The notes under the pieces: generated by a model
Seen by the model: the letters and a program-made list of their open reading frames with translations, nothing else
What the model was told of the DNA's origin: nothing
The model's database searches: none
Translations under genes and position numbers: made by a program
Shown here: positions 56,971 through 64,000 of the stretch, in pieces
How positions within the stretch are numbered: the first letter of the stretch is position 1
How the letters are laid out: each line of letters begins with the position of its first letter
Assembly: GCA_035471625.1 (NCBI GenBank)
Contig: DATIPT010000167.1
Coordinates: 2,708-66,707 of the forward strand
Length of the DNA stretch: 64,000 nt
Reading direction: 5' to 3'
Origin: Anaerolineales bacterium
Lineage (GTDB): Bacteria; Chloroflexota; Anaerolineae; Anaerolineales; E44-bin32

Positions 56971-58653
56971 CTACTCGATCGAGAGGAGGAGGGGGTAGTG
57001 GGGCTGGCCCCCTGAATGGGATTCGATCTCGAGGGAAGGATAGGCCCTGAGGATGGACTCCGTCAGCTGGGTGGCCAGCGCGTCGGGGAGATCGGCGCCG
57101 GTGTACAGAGTCAGCAGTTCCGCCTCGGAAGCCGCCGCGGCTTCGAGAAGACGCAGCGTGGCTTCTTCCAGGGTGTCGCCCGAGACCGCCAAACGCCCGT
57201 CGAGCAAGCCGAGGATCTGGCCCTCCTGGACGGCAACCCCATCGATCTCGACCGATCGGGTCGCCGTCGTTAGTTCCCCGGTCCGGATCCCCAGCCGGGA
57301 CCGGTCCATCGCCGCCACCAGCGCCTCCGGATCGGCCAGACGGTCGTAGGGCAACATCGCCGCAAGACCTTGAGGAACCGAGTTCGTCGCCACGACGAAG
57401 ATCTCCTTTTCGACCAGGCCAACGGCTTGCTGGGCGGTCAGCACGATGTTCTTGTTGTTGGGCAGGATGATGACCCGGCGGGCCGGGATGGATTCGATCG
57501 CCTCGACGAGTTCCTGGGCGCTTGGGTTCATCGTCTGTCCGCCCTCGACGATGGCCGCCACGCCCAGGCTGGCGAAGAGTCGGGAGAGGCCTTTGGCCGG
57601 GCTGACCGCGACCACGGCAACGTCGTCCGGTCCGACCTTGGGAAACTCGACCGGCGCCGAAGCCGGGCGTCCCGCCTGGACCATCAGGTTCTCAACCCGG
57701 TACTCAACCACCGTTCCCAAGTTGCGAATGTACTCGACAGGCGCGCCCTCGGTCTGATCGGGGACATGAATGTGCATCCGGTAGAGGCCGTCGCCCTCGG
57801 CAATCTGGATCGAAGTTCCCATCCCTTCGAGGGCCTGGTGGAAGTCGGCCAGATTGAACCTGGAATCCGGCCTGAAGTCGACGACAACCTCCCAATCCTG
57901 GCCGGGCTCGATGATTTCCTCGAGGGCGGCGAGCTGGATCGAGTCGAGCGGCGGGAGCTGATCCAGAGCCTGATCCAGGGGCAGGCGATACGCAGCCCGG
58001 AGCATCCCGTCGAGAATGAAGTAGAGCCCCTTGCCACCTGAGTCCACGACACCGGCCTCGCGCAGGACCGGAAGCAGGTCGGGCGTGCGCCGAACCGACT
58101 CATCGGCTGCGTGCACCGCGCGCTCGAGGACCTCCAGGCCGGAGATCGTGCCATTCTCGACGGCCGCCTGGGCGGCTGCCGCAATATCCTTCGAGACGGT
58201 CAGGATCGTCCCTTCCACCGGCCGGACAACCCCGCGATAGGCCGTGTCCCGCGCTTCGGCCAAGGCCAGGGCGATCCCGGGGCCGTCGACATCATCCATC
58301 CCTTCGAGGGCGCGGGCGAACCCGCGCCAGAGCTGGGAGAGGATGACTCCTGAGTTCCCGCGGGCGCCCATCAGGGCGCCATGGGCAAGCGAGTGGGCGA
58401 TCGAGCCGACGCCCGAGTCGGGGTTCTTCGAGACCTCTTCCCAGGCCGATTGCATCGTCAGGACCATGTTGGTCCCGGTGTCGCCGTCGGGGATCGGGAA
58501 GACGTTCAAGGCGTTGACGATCTGCTGGTTGGCCCGCAGCCAACTCAGGGAATACTGCGTGAGCCGGCGCAGGATTCCCCCGTCCAAGGCCCGGTAGCGC
58601 TCCAGCAGGCGGACTCGGATCGCGGCTTTGGCGGCGGGAAGCGTGTCGGTCAT
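56971..58653 (-). CDS. DAK2-domain protein (YloV / fatty-acid kinase FakA-like).
   Basis: NVFPIPDGDTGTNM DAK2 motif. Start at MTDTLPAAK ATG 58653; the track extension to 58875 overlaps the asp23 gene. Confidence 0.88.
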   Translation of the reverse strand: MTDTLPAAKAAIRVRLLERYRALDGGILRRLTQYSLSWLRANQQIVNALNVFPIPDGDTGTNMVLTMQSAWEEVSKNPDSGVGSIAHSLAHGALMGARGNSGVILSQLWRGFARALEGMDDVDGPGIALALAEARDTAYRGVVRPVEGTILTVSKDIAAAAQAAVENGTISGLEVLERAVHAADESVRRTPDLLPVLREAGVVDSGGKGLYFILDGMLRAAYRLPLDQALDQLPPLDSIQLAALEEIIEPGQDWEVVVDFRPDSRFNLADFHQALEGMGTSIQIAEGDGLYRMHIHVPDQTEGAPVEYIRNLGTVVEYRVENLMVQAGRPASAPVEFPKVGPDDVAVVAVSPAKGLSRLFASLGVAAIVEGGQTMNPSAQELVEAIESIPARRVIILPNNKNIVLTAQQAVGLVEKEIFVVATNSVPQGLAAMLPYDRLADPEALVAAMDRSRLGIRTGELTTATRSVEIDGVAVQEGQILGLLDGRLAVSGDTLEEATLRLLEAAAASEAELLTLYTGADLPDALATQLTESILRAYPSLEIESHSGGQPHYPLLLSIE

Positions 58654-58660
58654 TGCAGAG

Positions 58661-59017
58661 TCAGTCGACGTTGCTGACGCGGAGATCCTGGACGTGGACG
58701 TTGACCTCGGCCACCGGCATCCCCAGCATATGCTCGACCTGGTACCGAATGCTGTTGGCGACGCTGTTGGCCACCGCGGAGACCCGCGTGCCGTATTCCA
58801 CGATGACGTAGGCGTCGATCTGGATCGCCTCGGCCTCGGCGTGGACATCGATCCCGCGGTGGGGATCACGGACAAGCATCTGGCCGATCCCGTCGGCGAA
58901 GCTGCGTGAACTCATCCCGACGACGCCATACGTCCCCAGCGCAGCCCGGCTTGCGATCGTGGCGATCGCCTGCGTCGAGACGGTGATCCGGCCGTGGGCA
59001 GCGTTCTCGGTCGTCAT
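58661..59017 (-). CDS. Asp23/Gls24-family envelope stress protein.
   Basis: ITVSTQAIATIASRAALGTYGVVGM is typical of Asp23. Conserved position upstream of the DAK2 gene. Confidence 0.88.
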   Translation of the reverse strand: MTTENAAHGRITVSTQAIATIASRAALGTYGVVGMSSRSFADGIGQMLVRDPHRGIDVHAEAEAIQIDAYVIVEYGTRVSAVANSVANSIRYQVEHMLGMPVAEVNVHVQDLRVSNVD

Positions 59018-59040
59018 GCTCGGGTCTCCGGAGGGCGCCC

Positions 59041-59069
59041 TGGAAGGGGCCCCTCAAGTGTGGTATGAT
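59041..59069 (+). promoter_or_regulatory. Extended -10 promoter (TGGAAG-N17 including TGg-TATGAT) for rpmB.
   Basis: tgTGgTATGAT at 59059-59069. GGAAAGGAAA SD-like sequence before ATG 59114. Confidence 0.45.
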
Positions 59070-59113
59070 GCGCCCCGCTCAAGACAACCAGGCTTGGAAA
59101 GGAAACCCGGTCG

Positions 59114-59293
59114 ATGGCGAAGTGCGCGCACTGCGGAAAGACGACAACCTTCGGACACAACCGAAGCTTTTCCATGAGGGCCACGCGGCGCAAGTTCTCT
59201 CCGAACCTCCAGCGGGTGCGGGTCGTTGAAGACGGTCGGTCGGTCCAGCGGACGCTTTGTGCCAAGTGCATCAAGCGTCTCAGCCGGATCTGA
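59114..59293 (+). CDS. rpmB: 50S ribosomal protein L28.
   Basis: My own translation: MAKCAHCGKTTTFGHNRSFSMRATRRKFSPNLQRVRVVEDGRSVQRTLCAKCIKRLSRI (59 aa, below the ORF-track cutoff). Classic divergent position next to asp23. Confidence 0.88.
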   Translation: MAKCAHCGKTTTFGHNRSFSMRATRRKFSPNLQRVRVVEDGRSVQRTLCAKCIKRLSRI

Positions 59294-59317
59294 TCGTCGC
59301 GCCCCTTCCGAACCCAC

Positions 59318-59352
59318 CGGGCCGCCGCGAGGCGGCCCGTCTTCTTTCTTCT
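59318..59352 (+). terminator. Intrinsic terminator after rpmB. 9-bp GC stem (CGGGCCGCC gcga GGCGGCCCG) followed by a T-rich tract TCTTCTTTCTTCT.
   Basis: Read directly, starting 25 nt after the rpmB stop. Confidence 0.65.
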
Positions 59353-59353
59353 G

Positions 59354-60034
59354 TCATCCGGCGGGTGCCGGCTCCACCGCCTGCCGCAGCGCCCGAAGGC
59401 CCCCGGCGATCCCATCCGGGTGACGAAAGATCGCCTGAGCCGCCACGAAGACGTCCGCTCCCGATTCCGCAGCCTGCGTTCCCGTGTTCGCGTCGATCCC
59501 GCCGTCGACCTGCAGGCGAGCCGCCGACCCGGCGGCATCGAGCATGTGCCGGACTCGACGGACTTTGTCGAGGCACGCTGGAAGGAACGCCTGCCCGGAG
59601 TACCCCGGATTGACCGTCATCACCAACACCAGGTCGACCTCGTTCAAGACCTCGGCTACCGCCACCGGCGGCGTCGCCGGATTGATCGCCACGCCGGCCC
59701 GCAACCCCAGGCCCCGGATCGCCTGGAGGGCACGGTGCAGGTGCGCCGTGGCTTCGACGTGGACTGTCAGGGAGTCAGCTCCGGCCTCGGCGAACGCAGG
59801 GAACAAGGCTTCCGGCCGCTCGACCATCAGATGGACGTCCAGGGGGAGGGTGGTTGCTCTCCGGCAGGCCTCGACAATCACCGGCCCCATCGTCAGATTG
59901 GGCACTAAGTGGCCATCCATCACGTCAATATGGATCCAGTCGGCTCCGCCCTCGGCGGCAACCCGGATCTCGTCGCCCAGCCGGGCAAAATCGGCCGCCA
60001 GGATCGATGCGGATAGGATCGGGGACGTAGCCAT
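59354..60034 (-). CDS. rpe: Ribulose-phosphate 3-epimerase.
   Basis: ILSASILAADFARLGDEI...DWIHIDVMDGHLVPNLT...VMTVNPGYSGQ.F. Start at MATSPIL ATG 60034; the upstream 170 codons of the track ORF are not protein-like. Confidence 0.93.
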   Translation of the reverse strand: MATSPILSASILAADFARLGDEIRVAAEGGADWIHIDVMDGHLVPNLTMGPVIVEACRRATTLPLDVHLMVERPEALFPAFAEAGADSLTVHVEATAHLHRALQAIRGLGLRAGVAINPATPPVAVAEVLNEVDLVLVMTVNPGYSGQAFLPACLDKVRRVRHMLDAAGSAARLQVDGGIDANTGTQAAESGADVFVAAQAIFRHPDGIAGGLRALRQAVEPAPAG

Positions 60035-60045
60035 CTGGACACGCA

Positions 60046-60074
60046 ATGATACCGTCGCCGACATTCGTTGACAA
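60046..60074 (-). promoter_or_regulatory. Sigma70-type promoter TTGTCA-N17-TATCAT for rpe. The -10 ends 11 nt before the ATG, so the mRNA is near-leaderless.
   Basis: The minus strand reads TTGTCAacgaatgtcggcgacggTATCATtgcgtgtccagATG. Confidence 0.55.
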
Positions 60075-60466
60075 GGAGCAGTGCCCGGCGGGCGGTCTGC
60101 GGCACGAATCGGCGGCGGCGCTTGGGCACCCAGGCCAGTCCGGGTACACTGGGGGTAGCCGTCCCAGGGCGTTGCCCTGCCATCATCCCGGTGCGCGACT
60201 CGGGCCTGATTCCCCTGTAGGCAGCCTGTAAGGTGGGAGCCGTAACGCTTCGCCGGATACTTGGATGGAGGGGGACGTCTGTCCGGAGGTGGCAGCGCCG
60301 CCTCTCCGCATGCCAGGATGCCGCGTGCCGGATCGTGGGAAAGGGCCGCGGCCCCTGACAGGGACATCGAAAGGACGCGCGGGATGCGCGAGGCAGAAGG
60401 TTTGCTCAGAGTGGGGACCGTGTGGGACTCGTTCTGGCCGCTTGGGCGGAGGCGCCGCGCCGGCTG

Positions 60467-61729
60467 ATGGTCTTCCGACCGAAGGCTGCCCCCCGATCCG
60501 AGCCTGCGCCCGCTCCCAAGGTCGCCGAACTGGAAGCGCGCCTGGACCATCTCCTGTCACTGATCCAGAGGATGGCCGAGCTGACGGCGACCCTGAACTA
60601 CGAACGCGTTCTGGATCTCTCGCTCGACGCCGGCGCCGCCGCCTTGGGGGCGCAGGACGGTCGGTTGATCAGCGCGCTGCTGTTGTTTGAAGCGAATGAT
60701 TTGACGATCGCCTCATCCCGCGGACTTCCTGTCGTCGACCAGCGGGCAGTCTTTCCGGCGAACGAAGGCGTCCTCGAGGCCGCCCTGCGCAACGGGGTGA
60801 TCCAGTTTGCCCAGGAACCGGCGCGTGATCCTGAGCTCCGCCGGTTGGCGGCGCTCCACAGCTGTCAGGTCGCGGCGTGCCTACCGTTGGTTGTGGGCCT
60901 GGATGCCTTCGGCGTGCTGCTCTTCGCCCATCCGCGCTCGGACCTCTTCTCTCCAGACCGGTTGGAGCTGCTCGAGGCGGTGTCGCACCAGGCGATCGGG
61001 GCCCTCCAGAACGCCAAGCTCTATCAGAACCTGGTCCAGGAGAAGGAACGTATCTCTGAGGTGCATGAGGAGGCCCGTCGGAAACTGGCGCGAGACCTCC
61101 ACGACGGCCCGACTCAGTCAATCTCGGCGATCGCGATGCGCGTCAATTTTGCCCGGCGCCTGATCGAGCGCGATGTCAAGGCGGCGGCCGATGAACTCTT
61201 CAAGATCGAAGAGCTTGCCCGGCGGACGACGAAGGAGATCCGGCAAATGCTGTTTACCCTGCGTCCGCTGGTGCTCGAATCGCAGGGCTTGGTCAGCGCC
61301 TTCGAACAGCTTGCCGCCAAGATGAAGGAGACGTACAGCCAGGAGGTTCTGGTCGAGGCCGAACCCGACGTGGCCGCCGACATGGAGCTTGGCAAGCAAG
61401 GGGTCGTGTTCTTCATCGCCGAAGAAGCCGTCAACAACGCCCGCAAACACGCCAAGGCCGACCACATCTGGATCCGGTTGCGCCGGGAGGGCGACCTTTT
61501 CCAGATGGAGATCGAGGACGACGGCGTCGGGTTTGATCTGGGAGCGGTCGAGTCCGACTATGAGGCGCGCGGCTCGCTGGGGATGGTCAACCTGCGCGAG
61601 CGCACCGAGCTCGTCAGCGGCGTCATTCGGATCCACTCCACTCCTGGGAAGGGTACTCGGATCACTCTGACCGTCCCACTGACGGTGACGGCGGCTGAGA
61701 GGCTGCACCAGAACGGCTTTGTGGGGTGA
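60467..61729 (+). CDS. GAF-domain sensor histidine kinase of the NarL-partner type (HisKA_3 plus HATPase_c).
   Basis: GAF-like N-half. H-box LARDLHDGPTQSISAI. N/G boxes (AVNNARKHA, DDGVGFD, GSLGMVNLRER). ATG 60467 preferred; GTG 60422 is possible. Confidence 0.85.
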   Translation: MVFRPKAAPRSEPAPAPKVAELEARLDHLLSLIQRMAELTATLNYERVLDLSLDAGAAALGAQDGRLISALLLFEANDLTIASSRGLPVVDQRAVFPANEGVLEAALRNGVIQFAQEPARDPELRRLAALHSCQVAACLPLVVGLDAFGVLLFAHPRSDLFSPDRLELLEAVSHQAIGALQNAKLYQNLVQEKERISEVHEEARRKLARDLHDGPTQSISAIAMRVNFARRLIERDVKAAADELFKIEELARRTTKEIRQMLFTLRPLVLESQGLVSAFEQLAAKMKETYSQEVLVEAEPDVAADMELGKQGVVFFIAEEAVNNARKHAKADHIWIRLRREGDLFQMEIEDDGVGFDLGAVESDYEARGSLGMVNLRERTELVSGVIRIHSTPGKGTRITLTVPLTVTAAERLHQNGFVG

Positions 61730-61735
61730 GTCCCA

Positions 61736-61959
61736 TCACACCAGCCCGGCGCTGTCCTGCTCAACCTCGAACAGTTCCTCGATCTGGGCTCCGAAGATCG
61801 GGGCGAGCTTGAAGGCTTGGGGCAGACTGGGGTCGTAGCGACCGGTCTCCACCGCGTTGATCGTCTGCCGCGGACCCTTGCCAGGTCTGCGAGCGCAGCC
61901 TGGGACAAGCCGTGCTCGGCCCGGATGATCTTCAGGCGGTTCCCCATCGTACGCCGCAT
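61736..61959 (-). pseudogene. XRE-family (Cro/C1-type, YozG-like) small HTH regulator disrupted by a 1-nt deletion.
   Basis: M(RRTM)GNRLKIIRAEHGLSQAALADLARV is in one frame and RQTINAVETGRYDPSLPQAFKLAPIFGAQIEELFEVEQ in the -1 frame. The switch is at GTC-CG-CGG (about 61868-61875). ATG 61947 to the stop spans 212 nt, not a multiple of 3. Confidence 0.7.
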
Positions 61960-62067
61960 CGGGACCACACCTTGCCTGCAACGAATCGGCCGGCAAGAAC
62001 CGCCAGCGCCCACAACCCACAGTGGGTCGGGAGGTACGGCGTGGCGCGCTTGGATTGGGGACGCGAC

Positions 62068-63384
62068 CTAGCCGCGGCTCGGGACGACCTTCAAGTCGCC
62101 GAAGCGAACCGTCCGTGGGCCTTGGTAGTCGCCGAAGAAGCCCAGTTGGCGATCCCAGCGAGCGTTTCCGAGCGCTTCCAGGACGTTGCCGACGAGCATC
62201 CCGCCGCTGAACGGGCTCCGCGCCCCGTTCGCGACCTGGTAGCCGAGACGTATCTCGGCGGCAAAATCGCCGGTGGTCGGGTTTGGGGAAAACCACGACC
62301 AAAGCACGATCTCGATGTGCGGCTCCGCAACCAGCTCGCTGGCATCGGCGTTCCCGGGGGGCAATTCGAAGTCGCCGAAGGCGCCCGTGGCCGGCACATG
62401 GAGATAGGTCGCATACCGCTGGCCGGCGGCGTAGGATCGAAGGATCCCATCTTCGACGAGGAGGACGCGCTGTCCGGGGATGCCTTCCGCATCGAACCGG
62501 CTGGCGTTGGTCCCATAGGGCACCACGCGATTGGCCCAGATCGTCAGCGGGTCGCCTTTCGTTTCCCCTTTCAGGACAGACTTGCCGATCTCCCAGGGGG
62601 AAAGCTTGGCGAAACGCGCCCGCCCCGAAGCCAGCGTCTCAAAGACCCCGCTGTTGAGGAACGTCGAAATCGTACGCCCGTGAAGGACGACCGGGCCCTG
62701 GTAGGTGGGCGCCGGACCGGCTTCGTGGCGGTCGGCGGTGTGGCGGGCGACCGCCGCCCATTCCGCTTCCACGTCCAGATCTTGCGCCCGCCGGCGGCTC
62801 AGGTCCAGGATGGTCTCGACCCGACGCTGGCCCTGCCCGGCGAGGACGATCCATTCCAGGCTGAGCTCGGTGGCTGCCTGGTGCGCGTCGATCCCGTTGC
62901 TGTTCACCAGATGCGTCTCGGTGGTGTCGGCGAACCACTCGGCAAGCGTCAGGCGTGCCGAGTGGTCGGCCTTGGATGCCTCCGTCAGGCGAGCGTGCAA
63001 CGATTCGACAAGGGCCGCCGCGTCCTTCACGATGGTCTCATCGGCCAGGGGGACCTCCGGGAGCGGGGCAGCGGAAGGAAGGTCGTAGATCGGATTGCGG
63101 GTCCGACCGGCCGCCTCGACGGCGAACTCGATCGCCCGTGCAGGATCGTCCCCGGGCGCGAAGCTGGCGCCGGCAGCACCGCACATCGGACCGGAGTCGG
63201 ACGCCGCCGAGGGGCAGACGACCTCGATCGAGATTTCTTCGTGCTCGGCCGCCCGGCGGGCGTCGAGGCTTGTGCGGCCGCTGAAGAGTTGTTCACTCCG
63301 GGTTCGGCTGTGCTTGGCACGCCATCCAAGCAGGTCCGATCTGCGCCGAAGTGCCTTGATGGTAGGGGCAAGTGGGTCAGCCAA
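62068..63384 (-). CDS. pmbA: TldD/PmbA-family metalloprotease, PmbA-like subunit.
   Basis: Family-typical length and C-terminal ...GDYQGPRTVRFGDLKV. Sits directly after tldD. TTG start overlaps the tldD end by 8 nt, so the start is uncertain. Confidence 0.8.
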   Translation of the reverse strand: MADPLAPTIKALRRRSDLLGWRAKHSRTRSEQLFSGRTSLDARRAAEHEEISIEVVCPSAASDSGPMCGAAGASFAPGDDPARAIEFAVEAAGRTRNPIYDLPSAAPLPEVPLADETIVKDAAALVESLHARLTEASKADHSARLTLAEWFADTTETHLVNSNGIDAHQAATELSLEWIVLAGQGQRRVETILDLSRRRAQDLDVEAEWAAVARHTADRHEAGPAPTYQGPVVLHGRTISTFLNSGVFETLASGRARFAKLSPWEIGKSVLKGETKGDPLTIWANRVVPYGTNASRFDAEGIPGQRVLLVEDGILRSYAAGQRYATYLHVPATGAFGDFELPPGNADASELVAEPHIEIVLWSWFSPNPTTGDFAAEIRLGYQVANGARSPFSGGMLVGNVLEALGNARWDRQLGFFGDYQGPRTVRFGDLKVVPSRG

Positions 63385-64000
63385 GGTTCGCCCTCAAGAG
63401 GAGGTGAGGTCCGCCGGAACTGTTGACGACATACTCTTTGTGGCCTTTCCCGCACACGCCCTGGTCCATCTGGACCTCGGGGGTCGCGGCCGAGATCGTC
63501 CCGAGAACCTCCGGGACGTACCCGCTGATGCTGACCGGGGCGAAGACGCGCTCCGTGAGTCGGCCGTTGCGGATCTCCTGGCCGAAAAGGCACGTGATCT
63601 GGATCCCCCAGCCCATCGGGTCTTCCATCCCGTTCATCCAGCGGTCCAGATAGACCCCCTGGTCGACCTGGGCCAGCATGTCCTCCAGGCTTGTCGTTCC
63701 CGGTCCGAAGAAGGTGTTGCTCATCCGAGCGTAGGGTTTGCGAGTGTAGTCCTGCCGCCGGCCGTTGGCGGTCCGCTTCAGGCCCAACGACGTCGCCGAG
63801 ACCCTGTCGCTGATCCCGCTGCGGAAGATACCGTCCTCGACGATCGCCGTCGGCGATGACAGCATGCCCTCATCATCAAAGAAGTACGAGCTGTAGCCCC
63901 CCGGCATGCTGGGATCATCGTAGATCGATACCAGGTCGGAGCCGACCCGCTTTCCCAGGTAGTCGTACGATCGCGCCCGCTCCTTGGGGAACAGGTCGGT
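63377..64000 (-). CDS. tldD: TldD-family metalloprotease. C-terminal part only; the N-terminus lies beyond the window end.
   Basis: DDEG...IVEDGI...RRQDY...PYARMSNTF...GVYL......G.C.GKG. The frame stays open to position 64000. Confidence 0.85.
   Translation of the reverse strand, partial: TDLFPKERARSYDYLGKRVGSDLVSIYDDPSMPGGYSSYFFDDEGMLSSPTAIVEDGIFRSGISDRVSATSLGLKRTANGRRQDYTRKPYARMSNTFFGPGTTSLEDMLAQVDQGVYLDRWMNGMEDPMGWGIQITCLFGQEIRNGRLTERVFAPVSISGYVPEVLGTISAATPEVQMDQGVCGKGHKEYVVNSSGGPHLLLRANLG

Noticed and set aside
60068-60073. A perfect TTGACA -35 hexamer on the plus strand upstream of the GAF kinase spacer.
   Set aside because: No -10-like hexamer lies 16-19 nt downstream (the sequence there is GGCGGT). 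The hexamer is the mirror image of the rpe promoter -35 (TTGTCA on the minus strand, offset by 1 nt).
60120-60420. Possible RNase P RNA, based on fragments such as CCAGUCCGGGU and GUAAGGUGGGAGCCGUAACGC on the plus strand and GGCAGGGCAACGCCCUGGG on the minus strand.
   Set aside because: The near-invariant bacterial elements GAGGAAAGUCCGGGC (P4 5' strand) and ACAGAAnCCGGCUUA (P4 3' strand) are absent on both strands. The partial matches are split between strands. Only an unassigned structured spacer is reported.
59354-60550. N-terminally extended versions of real genes offered by the ORF track: rpe to 60550, DAK2 to 58875, DppC to 5298, rpsP to 47793, mutS to 9253, TPR arm 2 to 25113, ruvX to 33293, metallopeptidase to 37430.
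   Set aside because: The extensions are compositionally non-protein-like. They overlap upstream genes or promoters. They also precede an internal start that matches the conserved family N-terminus, often with an SD or a 4-nt overlap.

Overview
High-GC, densely coding bacterial chromosomal window. I saw no rRNA, tRNA, CRISPR array, transposase or integrase. Gene content and synteny point to a Chloroflexota-like or related lineage: mltG-ruvX-alaS, rpmB divergent from asp23-DAK2-degV-degV-recG-coaD, rpsP-KH-rimM, FhaA/FhaB-type FHA proteins and archease-rtcB. The taxon is inference only. I call about 58 CDS, mostly housekeeping, plus two frameshifted small genes, five sigma70-type promoters readable from the sequence, two intrinsic-terminator-like hairpins and two perfect palindromes or hairpins. 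Many gene junctions use 4-nt ATGA or GTGA overlaps. Several promoters sit 6-11 nt from the start codon, which suggests leaderless mRNAs. The most interesting region is a 12-kb, single-strand, seven-gene cluster at 19436-31549. It looks like a self-contained cyclic-nucleotide circuit. It holds a zinc-ribbon/class III cyclase/P-loop NTPase whose winged-helix-TPR sensor part is split off and duplicated as two tandem ~600-aa genes. It also holds two different cNMP-binding readers: a CNB-histidine kinase and a 12-TM permease-HEAT-CNB protein. The output is a response regulator fused to a glutaredoxin-like/thioredoxin-reductase-like flavoprotein in which both redox CxxC motifs are absent, followed by a CoA-binding protein. 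Other items worth a second look are an MTA/SAH-deaminase-like amidohydrolase fused to a CYTH domain, a zinc-metallopeptidase plus ATP-grasp ligase pair, a duplicated FhaA/FhaB FHA cluster without kinase or phosphatase, a LuxR regulator with a fully degenerate receiver next to two HtrA-like proteases, and two long structured non-coding stretches (the rpsP leader and the rpe/GAF-kinase spacer). All protein calls rest on motifs I recognise by eye in the supplied translations. No database search was possible.
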